DNA from: Halarcobacter sp.
Lineage (GTDB): Bacteria; Campylobacterota; Campylobacteria; Campylobacterales; Arcobacteraceae
Length of the DNA stretch: 64,000 nucleotides
Direction of reading: 5' to 3'
Assembly (NCBI GenBank): GCA_048571215.1
Contig: CP182352.1
Span: 1,760,001-1,824,000, forward strand
A model generated the notes under the pieces. The model ran no database searches. It saw nothing but the letters and a program-made list of their open reading frames with translations, and was not told the origin of the DNA. Made by a program: the position numbers and the translations under genes. This document shows positions 1-10,446 of this stretch, piece by piece (position 1 is the stretch's first letter; each line of letters starts with the position of its first letter).

Positions 1-168
1 CTTAGCAGAGTTAAACTCTTGTGCAAGTCTTATATAAGCTGTTAAGAGTTCTTTTGTATCTACATTTTTATTTGCGTCTAGATTTCTAGTTAGTTCTTCT
101 TTTAAGCCTTGATCAACGCTAATTGTATAAGCCATATTATTTATATGGAAGGTTAACTTACTTTCCAT
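1..168 (-). CDS. ZapA-like small protein (partial, runs off window start)
   Basis: Manual translation from ATG at 168: MESKLTFHINNMAYTISVDQGLKEELTRNLDANKNVDTKELLTAYIRLAQEFNSAK; overlaps the stop of the upstream ZapB-like gene. Confidence 0.5.
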   Translation of the reverse strand, partial: MESKLTFHINNMAYTISVDQGLKEELTRNLDANKNVDTKELLTAYIRLAQEFNSAK

Positions 169-361
169 TTGTTCTAGCCTCGACAAAGGTTAATGTACTA
201 TCTATTTTTAAAAGCATATCTTGATTGTTTCTCTCCAATTCATCATTTTTATTTTTTAATTCATTAAAGTCTTCTTTTAATATTTCATTCTCTTTTTTTA
301 ATATTTCATATTCATAAATTAATTTTTCAATTTTTTGATTTAAATTTTCGATAATTTCCAT
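158..361 (-). CDS. ZapB-like coiled-coil cell division protein
   Basis: Short all-coiled-coil ORF (MEIIENLNQKIEKLI...LKKENEILK...); start MEII at 361 preferred over 379. Confidence 0.6.
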   Translation of the reverse strand: MEIIENLNQKIEKLIYEYEILKKENEILKEDFNELKNKNDELERNNQDMLLKIDSTLTFVEARTNGK

Positions 362-419
362 AAAAATAATTCTACCCAAATTTTCTAGAATATTATTTAA
401 ATTTAAGCTAAGAAAACTA

Positions 420-821
420 TCAATCTTTAATAAATATCTTACCTTGTTGGTAAAGTGCGGCTACTGCTTTACCCCATTGAGAATATAATTCAACATCTTC
501 TTCTCTAAATTTAAAAAATTTAGTTATCTCAGAGATAAGTGTTCTTTCTTTTAAATCAAACTTATCATCAGCATGAATTAAAATAGTAAGTTCTAATATA
601 ACAATTTTTTTACTTGTTTTTGATTTAAAATCTTTCAAAGTATTTTCTAAACTAAACTCATTTATATCAAACATATCGTCATTATCAATACCCATTTCAG
701 CACAATATTCTAAAATAACCTCTTCTTCTTTTTCTCCATATTCATTATCAATTCTAGCTAAATAGTGTGCAAGTTGTAAAAAAGAGAATTTCTCTTTTGG
801 ATGTAATTTCATTAAAAGCAT
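420..821 (-). CDS. TerB-family (tellurite resistance/DjlA-N-like) protein
   Basis: LARIDNEYGEKEEEVI and LIHADDKFDLKERTLI repeats typical of the TerB fold. Confidence 0.7.
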   Translation of the reverse strand: MLLMKLHPKEKFSFLQLAHYLARIDNEYGEKEEEVILEYCAEMGIDNDDMFDINEFSLENTLKDFKSKTSKKIVILELTILIHADDKFDLKERTLISEITKFFKFREEDVELYSQWGKAVAALYQQGKIFIKD

Positions 822-972
822 ATTTTTCCTGTGTAGTATATTTGTTTGTATATTGTGTAATTATATTGGAAAAAAGTTAATAATTATTAAATAAAATAAA
901 TTATCAACATAAATTACTTGAAAATTTCAAATAAATTTCAAAAAAGTTTTTATTTTTTAATAAAATTATAAC

Positions 973-994
973 TTTTGCAATGATTTTGCAATGA
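973..994 (+). promoter_or_regulatory. Tandem 11-bp direct repeat TTTTGCAATGA x2, candidate OmpR-family binding site
   Basis: Perfect 11-bp tandem repeat 46 bp upstream of the giant lipoprotein start codon. Confidence 0.45.
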
Positions 995-1040
995 AAAAAA
1001 AATAAAATTCATACATAAGATTTAATTTTAGGAGAAAACA

Positions 1041-4000
1041 ATGTTTCTAAAAAATTTAAAAATATGCTTATTAATATCGCTTATCATCATATTTTTTACA
1101 TCATGTGGAGGTGGGGGAAGTGATAGTACTACAAAAACTATTACAACTTCAACTTCATTAAATACAATTTCAAGTATTAGCTCTTTGACTAAACTAGCAC
1201 CTGTACTTTCTAATCTATCTATTACAAATACAGAAGAGTTGTCAGATAACTTGAAAACAAAAGAACCTTTAGCTTTACTTCTAGAATTAAAAAAACTTGA
1301 TAATTCTATACAATCAGAAGATTTATTAAACCTTATGAAAGATTTAGAAAAAGAGATTTTAATTAAACCACTGTTGCAAGAAAATAAAATAACAAAAAAA
1401 GCATTTAATAGCTTGTCATTTATTGATAGCTCTATTCAAAATTTAAAATCATCTACATTAAGAGTATGGCAAAGCCCTAAAAACAGCACTTTAAATACAA
1501 GTGCAAATGAAGAGTATATAAAACAACAATGGATTTCATATAATAACAAATTAACAGCTTTTGGGGAAGAACAGTTATCATTAGAAGATTTTAAATCCCT
1601 AAGAACTGAGATAAATAATATTATTCCTTTATTTGTAAATTTTGGCAAACCTATGCAAAATGTTATTTCATCAACAAATACTACTATGACTTCATATTTT
1701 GCTGGAAAAAGTATTGCCTCAATGAGTATAAATAGTACTCCCATATTAAATACTTCTGTTCTAAACCCAGTTAATGAAGCCCTTGGTTCACAAAAGAAAT
1801 CACCATCTGTTTTTTTAGATTTTAAACCACACCAATATATGGCTTGTAATGGTTTACAAAGAGAATATCCATTTCAAATAATGGGTACAGCATATTTAGG
1901 AGATTTTGCTGGAAATCCTATTTATGGAAATATCGACACATCAATCCCTTTACTTGGTGATGAACATGGAAAAAGATTTTTTCAGATAAACGAAACAGGT
2001 TTAGCTGAATTATTACTAACTAATAAATCAAATCAATCTATAACTTTAGAATTAAAACACAATGACAAAATACTATTTACAACTACAATTGAAGCATTAA
2101 AAAAACAAAAAGTATTTATTCCTGTCTTTGAAGATGATATTTGTGTCCCCTATTATATAACTAAAGATGATGACAATATAAATGCAACAATTATAGGTAT
2201 TAAAAAACCTAGAAAATTAGAAAAAGTTCTTGATTCTAAAAGTGGAGCTTATGATATTGTTGCAACAATAAATACAAATGAAGATCAAGATTTATTTCTT
2301 AACTCTGATTTAATAGAGTTTTCTCTACTTGAAAGCAATGAAAATCAAGATAAAATTATATCTTTTATAGATAATAATAGTGGATATGGGGTAATTCAAT
2401 ATATAATAAAATCACCCTCAGGTAAATTATCAAGTACCTTAAAAGTTGGAACAGAAGATTTCTCAATAAAAACACAAAATGGTAAATGGCAAATTTATGT
2501 AATTCCTATAGTAGGAGCTCAATTTGATGAAATAAAAATTGATGAATATAAAAATGAAATTACTTCTTTATATGTTATGAAAGAAAGTTCTTCCGTACTT
2601 GCTAATAAAGAATATAAAGTTTCATTAAGAACTAGCGAACTATCAAATAGAAAAAAATTTATTATCTCAGAAATGAAAAATGCAGAATTTTCTCATGATG
2701 GAGAATCACTAGGAAATAGTGCAGAAGTTATTTTATCTCTACATACAAATATGGCTCCAAAATTAGATATGGGTGAGGATTTAAATGATTTATTTAATGA
2801 AAGTCCAACTTATCCTGCATATAAATGTTGGAATGATAATGGAAAAACTATCAATTTATTTGATTTAAACCAAGCTTGTTATGAATTAAGAGATGGCTTG
2901 GAAAATATTTATTATGAATTTATGAAAGAAGAATATGGTATATCAAAATTTTTAATAAAAAACAATTCCCTTTACTCTAATTTACAATTTAGCAGTAAAA
3001 ATAACGAATTTAAACAATCTATTCTTATTTGGAAAAAAGCAGAAATTATAAAACAAATCAATGATGCACAGTTTGGTTTACTATTTGAAACATATAGTGA
3101 CTTGTATCAAGAGTGGGAAAATAGTATTGTTCAAATAAATGATTTAAAATTTCCTTTAGATTACCATTATGGAATTCAAGATTCAATTATAATAGTAGAT
3201 AATAATAATCCTTTAGCAAGTACCTATGATACTTTCTACCATCCTAGTATTCCTTTAAATATACCTATTTTAGCCCTTACAAAAAAAAGAATGGCATCAT
3301 CAACTATGCCTTTTGGATTTAAATATTCAGCCTATGATAATGATGAAGTCGATAAAGGTGCAATATTTTTTGCAGTTGCAAAATATATAGTAAATCAAAC
3401 CCTAGCAGCACTTTCTGGAAATTTTTCTGCATTTATTTGTAATACCTTTTCAACTATGGGGGAAGTAAGAGATATCCAAATTGCAGGGGAAGATGACCCA
3501 ATAGGTGAAGCTGATTTCTTTTTAAATCGTTTTTCATCAAATGACCAGTTTTATGGTTTGCAAAACAATAATTTAAATTTTTCTATTTCAGGGTTAGCAG
3601 ATATTCCAAATCACTACACCTCAGCAGATGAAGTCTTAGGATATGCAAACTTAGCTTGTGGTATTTTAGGAACAGTTAGCGCAGGTTATGATTTATATAG
3701 TTCTGTGGGAGGGATAATCTCTGGAGATTTTTATAATGCTGCAGATTTAGATAGTTTAAAAAGTGATATGTTAGATCAAGTTGAAGTAGGATCAAGTGAG
3801 TATAATAAAATAACTAATACATTTGATGCTCTTAAAAATGGTACAGCAGATGCTGCATCTCTTGCAGCATTGGAATATGCAATAAAAACAGAAGCTTTTA
3901 AAAGTGGAATAGATATTTATAATGATTTATCAAATCTAAATTCTGGATTGGGAGGATTAGGTTCTCAAGGTTATAATACAATGAGATCAGAAGCTAACTA

Positions 4001-7000
4001 TTATTTTTCGAACTTCAATGATAGAAAAACTCGTTCAGATATTCTCGTCAAAGAAGTTGAATCTATGCCAATAGTAGATACAAAAGTTACACTTGACAAT
4101 GTTTATATTATACACAATCTTGAAGATGGGAATGCAGAAGTAAAACTAAGAACAAGAGTTGGTGTTATTAGTGATGAAAATCCTAGCTATACAGGAGCAT
4201 TTGCAACAAATGCCCCATATATGATAAATGGGGAATTATTATATACAAATGGTACCAATGATTATAAAACTCTTCCAAACTTACCCTTTAAAGGATATTT
4301 ACTAAAAAGTAAAAATTTCAATGGTATAAGTGATGGTGAATTTTTAAATATAGGCACAGGATTATCTTTATATGAAGCAACTTATCCTAGTACAAATAAC
4401 ACGGCATCTATATATTTAGAAGTGGGTCTTTTTGAAGGAGATGGAGGGGGAGTTGATGATGATATGATTGGAGTTTTATCAAAAACTTTTTATTTAGAAG
4501 ATTTATTTAATAATGTGGAAGGAAAGAGATGGAGACATATAGGTAATAATATCTATAGATTAACAATTAGCGACTATCCAGTTTATGATGCAACAGGTTT
4601 AGCAACTTCTGTTGAGATTGTAAATGCTCAAAATAGAGAAAAACAATTAGCACACAATAATACACGTATAGATAATCCAAGTGCCTTAATATCTTTTCAT
4701 ATAGATGTACAACTTGGGGATTTTATAAACAATGAGATAATAGATGTTCAAGATGAGATAGTTGATGGTGATCCAAGTAATGGGAAAGTACCAATGGATT
4801 ATAGTATTCTTAACTTAAAAGAAATAAGCTCTTTAAGTGGCTCAGAAATGAAACTACATGATGTATATGGAGATAAAATAGTAGTATTAAGTGATACTGA
4901 TGGAATTAAAATAGCTAATATAGATCAAAATAAAAATCTTTCTTGGGAAAGAATTATCAATAGTAGCAATGTTGAACCATCATACAAATCACTTTTAGAG
5001 ATGAGTTCCACAGATTTCAATAATGAAAAGATAAAAAATATAAGCTTTATAGATTCAGAAAATTTACTTATGTTTAGAAAAGCTGATTCAGATGATACTT
5101 ATGGAAGCTTAGCAATTATAAATACAAAAGTAGGTAACAGCACAGGAGTGGTAACAAAACACAAAACAATTTTAACACAAGAAAAACCTACTTATATGGT
5201 AACACAAAGAGTAAGTAATGATAAGATTAGAGCCTTTGTTATTTTATCAAATTTAAATAACAATAGTGGACAAATTATTGTTTATGATGTTACGAAAGAT
5301 TCCATTGATATTGTCTCTTCACAAGTATTATCTCATGTGCCAGTAGACCTATTATTAATTGATAATAAAACTTTATTATTAAAATCTGAAAAACTTAAAT
5401 ACAAAGCTAAAACTACTTCAAATACTAGAAGCGAATACTGGATACAAGAGATATATCTTACTTTATATGAATTCAAAGATAATAATTTTACAGCAAAAGA
5501 TCTAAAACAATATACATTTAATCATCAAGATTATACTCCATATACAGGTATTGTCAATCCTGCTGGTTCAAGAAATATATATAGAATGAAAAATGTCAAT
5601 AATAGTAATCTAAATAGAATAGTTGGTGTACATATTAGTGATTACCATGATTATAATAATAATCCTGCTGTTAGAATGTTAAAATTACTTTATAATGGCG
5701 ATACCAAAAACTATAGATTTGGATTAAAACATAACACAAGAGTTGGTACAAGAAACTATTTAGAGAATGAGCAATATCCATATTTTATTGATACTAGATT
5801 AAAGGTATATGAAACAGACCTTAATTCAAAAACTTTAGATTCTGTAGATGTTTCAAAAATATTTGGAGATAATACATATTATCAAGGCAAAGATATGAAA
5901 TTCTTAGACTCTAAATATCTAGTTACCCTAGGTAAATTACAAAGAAATATCAATTATGACACCCTTAGTATAATTGATACCCAATATGTAGATAATACAC
6001 CTCCTATAATAACTAGTACTGATTTAGATAAAGAGCATATTATGGAATACTCTAACAACTTCACTGCATCTATTAATTTTAAAGTAAGTGATGTTGAAAG
6101 TTTAGCGAGTGATTTAAATATCACCTTTACCGAAATAGATCCAGATACAGATGAAGAGTACTATACAGGTACAGATACAAGTGATATAAATCTTTTACAA
6201 AGATCAAAACTCACTTGTGATAATAGTGGTAATTGTAATATAACAGTAAATTTGGCTTTACATGATAGTAGTATAAAAACTAAATTTAGAATAAATGTTG
6301 AAGACCATGGTATTGTAACACATAAATATTTTACTACTTGGTTAGCAAAATCTGAACCTGTAATCTATTCTCATGCACCTTTAGATGTCACACTAAAAAA
6401 TGAAGATACATATAATGAAGTTGATTTTGAAATAATCTCACAAAATGAGATTTCAAATGGATATATTGATGAATTCATAATTGAAAATAAACCTGACTGG
6501 TTAACTTCATCTGTTTATATCTATGGTACAAAAACATTAAGACTAAAAGGTACTCCACCTATTGGTTCACATGGTAGCTATGATATAAAAGTTACAGCAA
6601 AAAATGATAGATATGAAGATGTAGAACACTATGTTATTAATGTAATAAAACCAGACATAACACCCGATATCTTTAGTTTTCCAATAAGTAATGACGTACA
6701 AAGAGAAGTTACTATAACAAAAGAGTTTATAGTTAGTGGGATAAATGGATATGCCCCAATTTCAATAACAAATGGTGAGTACAAAATAGATGATAACAAC
6801 TGGACCAATCAAAGCTCAGTTGTTACTAATACAAGCAAGGTTACCGTAAGACACACAAGTTCAACAGAGTATTCAACAGAAACTATATCTACCTTAACAG
6901 TAGGAGGTATAACATCACAATTAATAAGTAGAACTATTACAGACCCAAATAGTGGTGACTTTACACCAAATCCATTTACTTTTGTAGATGCTACAGATGT

Positions 7001-9740
7001 AGCTTTATCTACTCAACAATATAGTCAAGTTACAATTACTGGAATTAATGAAATTGTTAACTTAAGTATTACAAATGGGGAATACTCTTTTGATAAAAAA
7101 CAATGGTTTACAAATAATACAACAGTACAAAATGACCAAACCATATACATAAGACATACTAGTTCTAATTTATATTTTACAGAAGTAAATACAACTTTAA
7201 CGGTGGGTGGTATTAGTGATGTTTTTACTTCAAAAACTATTCAGATTCCTAAACCAATTCTAACTCCTATTGCTCCTATTTCAGTAGATATTCAAGATGA
7301 TTTAGATTTTACACCAAATAATACAGGAGGTGAGGCAGGAGCATGGAGTATAGAAAACAAGCCTGAATGGGTCACATTTAATACAGCTACAGGTAAGTTA
7401 ACAGGTACTGCAACGCAAGCTGGGTATTTTTCAAATATCATAATCACTGCAACTAACGCTGGTGGAACTCATAGTATTAATATAGATATTAGTGTAGACT
7501 CAAAAAATCCACCATATATAAATAGTGGGAACCATACAATTGATGAAGAATATATGGAGTTTACTTTTACAGACAACCAATCTTGGAGAGATTCAATTAC
7601 TGAGATTACTATTCAATCAGACTATGGACAAGCTTCTAAAACTTTAGTTTTAAATAGTGATTATACTATTGAAACAGGAAAATTAACTTTAATTGTAAAT
7701 GGAACAAACAATGTTCCTACAAAAGCAAGTAACTGGCAAATAAATATAAAAGCTACAAATTATTATGATAGTAACTTACAAGTCTATGTTCAAAATGGTA
7801 CTATTAATATTTCCCATGCACAAAGTACTTTAAATGTTTCAAATGCACCACTTAGACAAGGAAAGGTATCAAATATAAAATTTCAAGCATTTGATAGGTT
7901 TGGAAATAGTATGAGTAGCAAAGAAGTATATTTTGATACTGTTATTACTAACAATAATAATACTTTTGATGAACCCTATTTTATAAAGGATATAAATCAA
8001 ACAACTTATACTAACTTTATAAACCCCTCTTCTACACCAACCAATAGACATAGTTACTATACTGATCAAGATGGCTGGGTAGAAGTTAATATAAAAGTTC
8101 CAGCCTGTGTTGATATTAATGATGGATTTGAAATAGTTATAAAGGATACAAATGAAACTATCTTGATGACAAGTTCTGCCTTGATTAATTCTATTAGTTT
8201 AAATAGCACAACAGCAATTTGTACAGATAGTGATTGGACTAAACGATTTGTAAATGCAAATATAAACAAGATGAAACTAATTACAGATTTAGCAGGCAAT
8301 ATTTATGTAGCAGGAAACACAACTGGAAATATAGATGGTTTTACTAATCTAAATGGTGATATTTATTTATCAAAAATAGATAGAAATGGTGTTACTAAAT
8401 GGCAAAAACTATTAGGTACAAGTGGATATGATTTAGTTAATGACCTTATAATAGATGACACTAATTTATATTTGGCAATTACAACAACAGGCTCATTAGA
8501 AAATAATACAAATGCCGGTCTAAAAGATGCTGGATTATTAAAAGTATCTGCACTTGATGGTTCTTTAACTTTTGCAAAACAAATAGGAGAGGTAAATGAT
8601 GATTTGGCCATTGGTATATCAAAATCCTTAAATGAAATAAATCTTTATGTAGATAAAAATTCAGAATCATTTCTATATAAATATGATTTAAATGGCACAC
8701 TTATTTCAAATAAAGATTTGTTACAAAATCTTAAAAAAGTAATCGGAGACAATGAAAACAATCACTTATCTATCGCAAATAGTGGTATCTTAAAGTATGA
8801 CGTAAATGGAGATTTTCTATTATCAAGAAGTAATACGGGTGGGGCTAGTTATTATAGTGTAGGTCTATTTACATTAGATACAAATAGCAATAATGATATC
8901 TATACAACAGGACAAACAAAACTAAAACTTTTTGATGAAGAGATAAGTGATTCTTCATATTATGGAACCATTGTAAAAAGAAATAAAAATGGTAATTACC
9001 AATGGAGTAAAATACTTGGAACTGAAAGTATTATTACAACGGGTGGAAATACAACAATAGATGGAATTACCTATGTAATCTATACACAAAGAAGTAGTTC
9101 ATTAAATTCATCTCCAAGAGATATGTATATGGAAGTATTCAATGATAAAAATGGTGTTACATTAGGCACATATACTTGGGAAGCTGGCAATTCTGCATAT
9201 AATGCTATCACAGCTAATGATATCATTTCAGATGCCAATAAACACTCTTTATATATAGCAGCCAATGTTATTGGAACAATGACTAATACAAATATCCAAG
9301 ATGGTTTAAATGTAATAATTAAAAAACAACAATACGATACACCTATTCCTGTTACAGGTTATTCAAGAAGTTCATATCTTAATATAGTTACAGATTATGA
9401 TAATAAAGTTCAATGGGTTGATACATCAAATTTCATATACAAAAAAACATATGATAATGCTTCAGATTTTTGTTCAAATGAAGTTTTTTTAGATGACAAT
9501 AATTCAAATGCTTCGTGGAGAGTACCTACATCAAGTGAACTAGATAAAATAATTAATAGTTCAAATACACCCGCTATAAAATCAATATTTGAATCAACTG
9601 ATTTAAATACAGCATATTGGAGTAGCACTGAAAAAGATACTTCAAATGCTTATGCAACGTACTTTTGGTCAAATGCGGGACTTGATGTTTATTCTAAATC
9701 AAGTTATCTATATGTTAGATGTATTAGAGACAATCAATAA
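1041..9740 (+). CDS. Giant surface lipoprotein/adhesin with Ig-like repeats, beta-propeller repeats and C-terminal DUF1566/Lcl-like domain
   Basis: Lipobox FFTS-C then GGGGS; IENKP.W He_PIG-like units; two D.TP..F.F...NGEY...RHTSS...LTVGG repeats; GNIYVAG SBBP-like repeats; C-terminal WRVPT..EL...YWSST...YVRCIR. Confidence 0.8.
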   Translation: MFLKNLKICLLISLIIIFFTSCGGGGSDSTTKTITTSTSLNTISSISSLTKLAPVLSNLSITNTEELSDNLKTKEPLALLLELKKLDNSIQSEDLLNLMKDLEKEILIKPLLQENKITKKAFNSLSFIDSSIQNLKSSTLRVWQSPKNSTLNTSANEEYIKQQWISYNNKLTAFGEEQLSLEDFKSLRTEINNIIPLFVNFGKPMQNVISSTNTTMTSYFAGKSIASMSINSTPILNTSVLNPVNEALGSQKKSPSVFLDFKPHQYMACNGLQREYPFQIMGTAYLGDFAGNPIYGNIDTSIPLLGDEHGKRFFQINETGLAELLLTNKSNQSITLELKHNDKILFTTTIEALKKQKVFIPVFEDDICVPYYITKDDDNINATIIGIKKPRKLEKVLDSKSGAYDIVATINTNEDQDLFLNSDLIEFSLLESNENQDKIISFIDNNSGYGVIQYIIKSPSGKLSSTLKVGTEDFSIKTQNGKWQIYVIPIVGAQFDEIKIDEYKNEITSLYVMKESSSVLANKEYKVSLRTSELSNRKKFIISEMKNAEFSHDGESLGNSAEVILSLHTNMAPKLDMGEDLNDLFNESPTYPAYKCWNDNGKTINLFDLNQACYELRDGLENIYYEFMKEEYGISKFLIKNNSLYSNLQFSSKNNEFKQSILIWKKAEIIKQINDAQFGLLFETYSDLYQEWENSIVQINDLKFPLDYHYGIQDSIIIVDNNNPLASTYDTFYHPSIPLNIPILALTKKRMASSTMPFGFKYSAYDNDEVDKGAIFFAVAKYIVNQTLAALSGNFSAFICNTFSTMGEVRDIQIAGEDDPIGEADFFLNRFSSNDQFYGLQNNNLNFSISGLADIPNHYTSADEVLGYANLACGILGTVSAGYDLYSSVGGIISGDFYNAADLDSLKSDMLDQVEVGSSEYNKITNTFDALKNGTADAASLAALEYAIKTEAFKSGIDIYNDLSNLNSGLGGLGSQGYNTMRSEANYYFSNFNDRKTRSDILVKEVESMPIVDTKVTLDNVYIIHNLEDGNAEVKLRTRVGVISDENPSYTGAFATNAPYMINGELLYTNGTNDYKTLPNLPFKGYLLKSKNFNGISDGEFLNIGTGLSLYEATYPSTNNTASIYLEVGLFEGDGGGVDDDMIGVLSKTFYLEDLFNNVEGKRWRHIGNNIYRLTISDYPVYDATGLATSVEIVNAQNREKQLAHNNTRIDNPSALISFHIDVQLGDFINNEIIDVQDEIVDGDPSNGKVPMDYSILNLKEISSLSGSEMKLHDVYGDKIVVLSDTDGIKIANIDQNKNLSWERIINSSNVEPSYKSLLEMSSTDFNNEKIKNISFIDSENLLMFRKADSDDTYGSLAIINTKVGNSTGVVTKHKTILTQEKPTYMVTQRVSNDKIRAFVILSNLNNNSGQIIVYDVTKDSIDIVSSQVLSHVPVDLLLIDNKTLLLKSEKLKYKAKTTSNTRSEYWIQEIYLTLYEFKDNNFTAKDLKQYTFNHQDYTPYTGIVNPAGSRNIYRMKNVNNSNLNRIVGVHISDYHDYNNNPAVRMLKLLYNGDTKNYRFGLKHNTRVGTRNYLENEQYPYFIDTRLKVYETDLNSKTLDSVDVSKIFGDNTYYQGKDMKFLDSKYLVTLGKLQRNINYDTLSIIDTQYVDNTPPIITSTDLDKEHIMEYSNNFTASINFKVSDVESLASDLNITFTEIDPDTDEEYYTGTDTSDINLLQRSKLTCDNSGNCNITVNLALHDSSIKTKFRINVEDHGIVTHKYFTTWLAKSEPVIYSHAPLDVTLKNEDTYNEVDFEIISQNEISNGYIDEFIIENKPDWLTSSVYIYGTKTLRLKGTPPIGSHGSYDIKVTAKNDRYEDVEHYVINVIKPDITPDIFSFPISNDVQREVTITKEFIVSGINGYAPISITNGEYKIDDNNWTNQSSVVTNTSKVTVRHTSSTEYSTETISTLTVGGITSQLISRTITDPNSGDFTPNPFTFVDATDVALSTQQYSQVTITGINEIVNLSITNGEYSFDKKQWFTNNTTVQNDQTIYIRHTSSNLYFTEVNTTLTVGGISDVFTSKTIQIPKPILTPIAPISVDIQDDLDFTPNNTGGEAGAWSIENKPEWVTFNTATGKLTGTATQAGYFSNIIITATNAGGTHSINIDISVDSKNPPYINSGNHTIDEEYMEFTFTDNQSWRDSITEITIQSDYGQASKTLVLNSDYTIETGKLTLIVNGTNNVPTKASNWQINIKATNYYDSNLQVYVQNGTINISHAQSTLNVSNAPLRQGKVSNIKFQAFDRFGNSMSSKEVYFDTVITNNNNTFDEPYFIKDINQTTYTNFINPSSTPTNRHSYYTDQDGWVEVNIKVPACVDINDGFEIVIKDTNETILMTSSALINSISLNSTTAICTDSDWTKRFVNANINKMKLITDLAGNIYVAGNTTGNIDGFTNLNGDIYLSKIDRNGVTKWQKLLGTSGYDLVNDLIIDDTNLYLAITTTGSLENNTNAGLKDAGLLKVSALDGSLTFAKQIGEVNDDLAIGISKSLNEINLYVDKNSESFLYKYDLNGTLISNKDLLQNLKKVIGDNENNHLSIANSGILKYDVNGDFLLSRSNTGGASYYSVGLFTLDTNSNNDIYTTGQTKLKLFDEEISDSSYYGTIVKRNKNGNYQWSKILGTESIITTGGNTTIDGITYVIYTQRSSSLNSSPRDMYMEVFNDKNGVTLGTYTWEAGNSAYNAITANDIISDANKHSLYIAANVIGTMTNTNIQDGLNVIIKKQQYDTPIPVTGYSRSSYLNIVTDYDNKVQWVDTSNFIYKKTYDNASDFCSNEVFLDDNNSNASWRVPTSSELDKIINSSNTPAIKSIFESTDLNTAYWSSTEKDTSNAYATYFWSNAGLDVYSKSSYLYVRCIRDNQ

Positions 9741-9770
9741 TATATAAAGTGATGTTCACTTTATATATTA
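9738..9770. terminator. Bidirectional hairpin between convergent genes
   Basis: TAATATATAAAGTGA-TGT-TCACTTTATATATTA, perfect 15-bp arms overlapping both stop codons. Confidence 0.6.
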
Positions 9771-10444
9771 ATTCTATAACCAATAGAGGGGATAGTCTCA
9801 ATAAATTTATACTTCATTTTTGAACGCAATCTACTAACTAAAGCTCTTCTTGTATTTTCATTGGCAGTTTTATCTGGCCAAATTTCATTTTCCATTTCAT
9901 AGATTGATACAATTGAATTTTTTGATTCTATTAGTAGATGCAAAAGTTCTTTTTCCCTTTTTGTTAGATGAATATATTCAGAAGAAAAAATTAATTGTTT
10001 ATTTTTACTATCAAAACTAAATTCATTGTCAAGAATTATATTTCCTCTTTTTATTTTTTGTTTTTTATTTCTTTTATTGTAATTAAATGCTGCAATTTTT
10101 AAAGAAGCAAATAACTCTTTTTTATTAAAAGGTTTAGTAAGATATGCACTTGGATTTGTTTTAACTGCTCTTTCTATTGTTTCTTCATCACAAAAAGCTG
10201 TTAGATATACAAAAGTAGTATCTATTTCATTTGAAATTTTAATAGCAGTATCAATACCATCAACATCCCCTTTTATTTTAATATCCATTAAAATAATATG
10301 AGGTTTGTATTTCATCGCTAAAGAATATGCATCTTCTGAATTATTAACTATACCAATTATTTTAAAATCAATACTTTTTAAATAACTCTCTATCTCCATT
10401 GAAACAATTCTTTCATCTTCTACAATTAAAATTGGTATTTCCAT
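9761..10444 (-). CDS. Response regulator, REC + OmpR-type winged helix
   Basis: ILIVEDE, ILMDI, YLTKPF; C-terminal LTKREKELL...IETIPSIGYRI. Confidence 0.9.
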   Translation of the reverse strand: MEIPILIVEDERIVSMEIESYLKSIDFKIIGIVNNSEDAYSLAMKYKPHIILMDIKIKGDVDGIDTAIKISNEIDTTFVYLTAFCDEETIERAVKTNPSAYLTKPFNKKELFASLKIAAFNYNKRNKKQKIKRGNIILDNEFSFDSKNKQLIFSSEYIHLTKREKELLHLLIESKNSIVSIYEMENEIWPDKTANENTRRALVSRLRSKMKYKFIETIPSIGYRINI

Positions 10445-10446
10445 AT

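Noticed and set aside
9360..9740. DUF1566/Lcl-like C-terminus as a diversity-generating retroelement target
   Set aside because: No template repeat differing at adenines and no reverse transcriptase seen in the window; a remote DGR cannot be excluded
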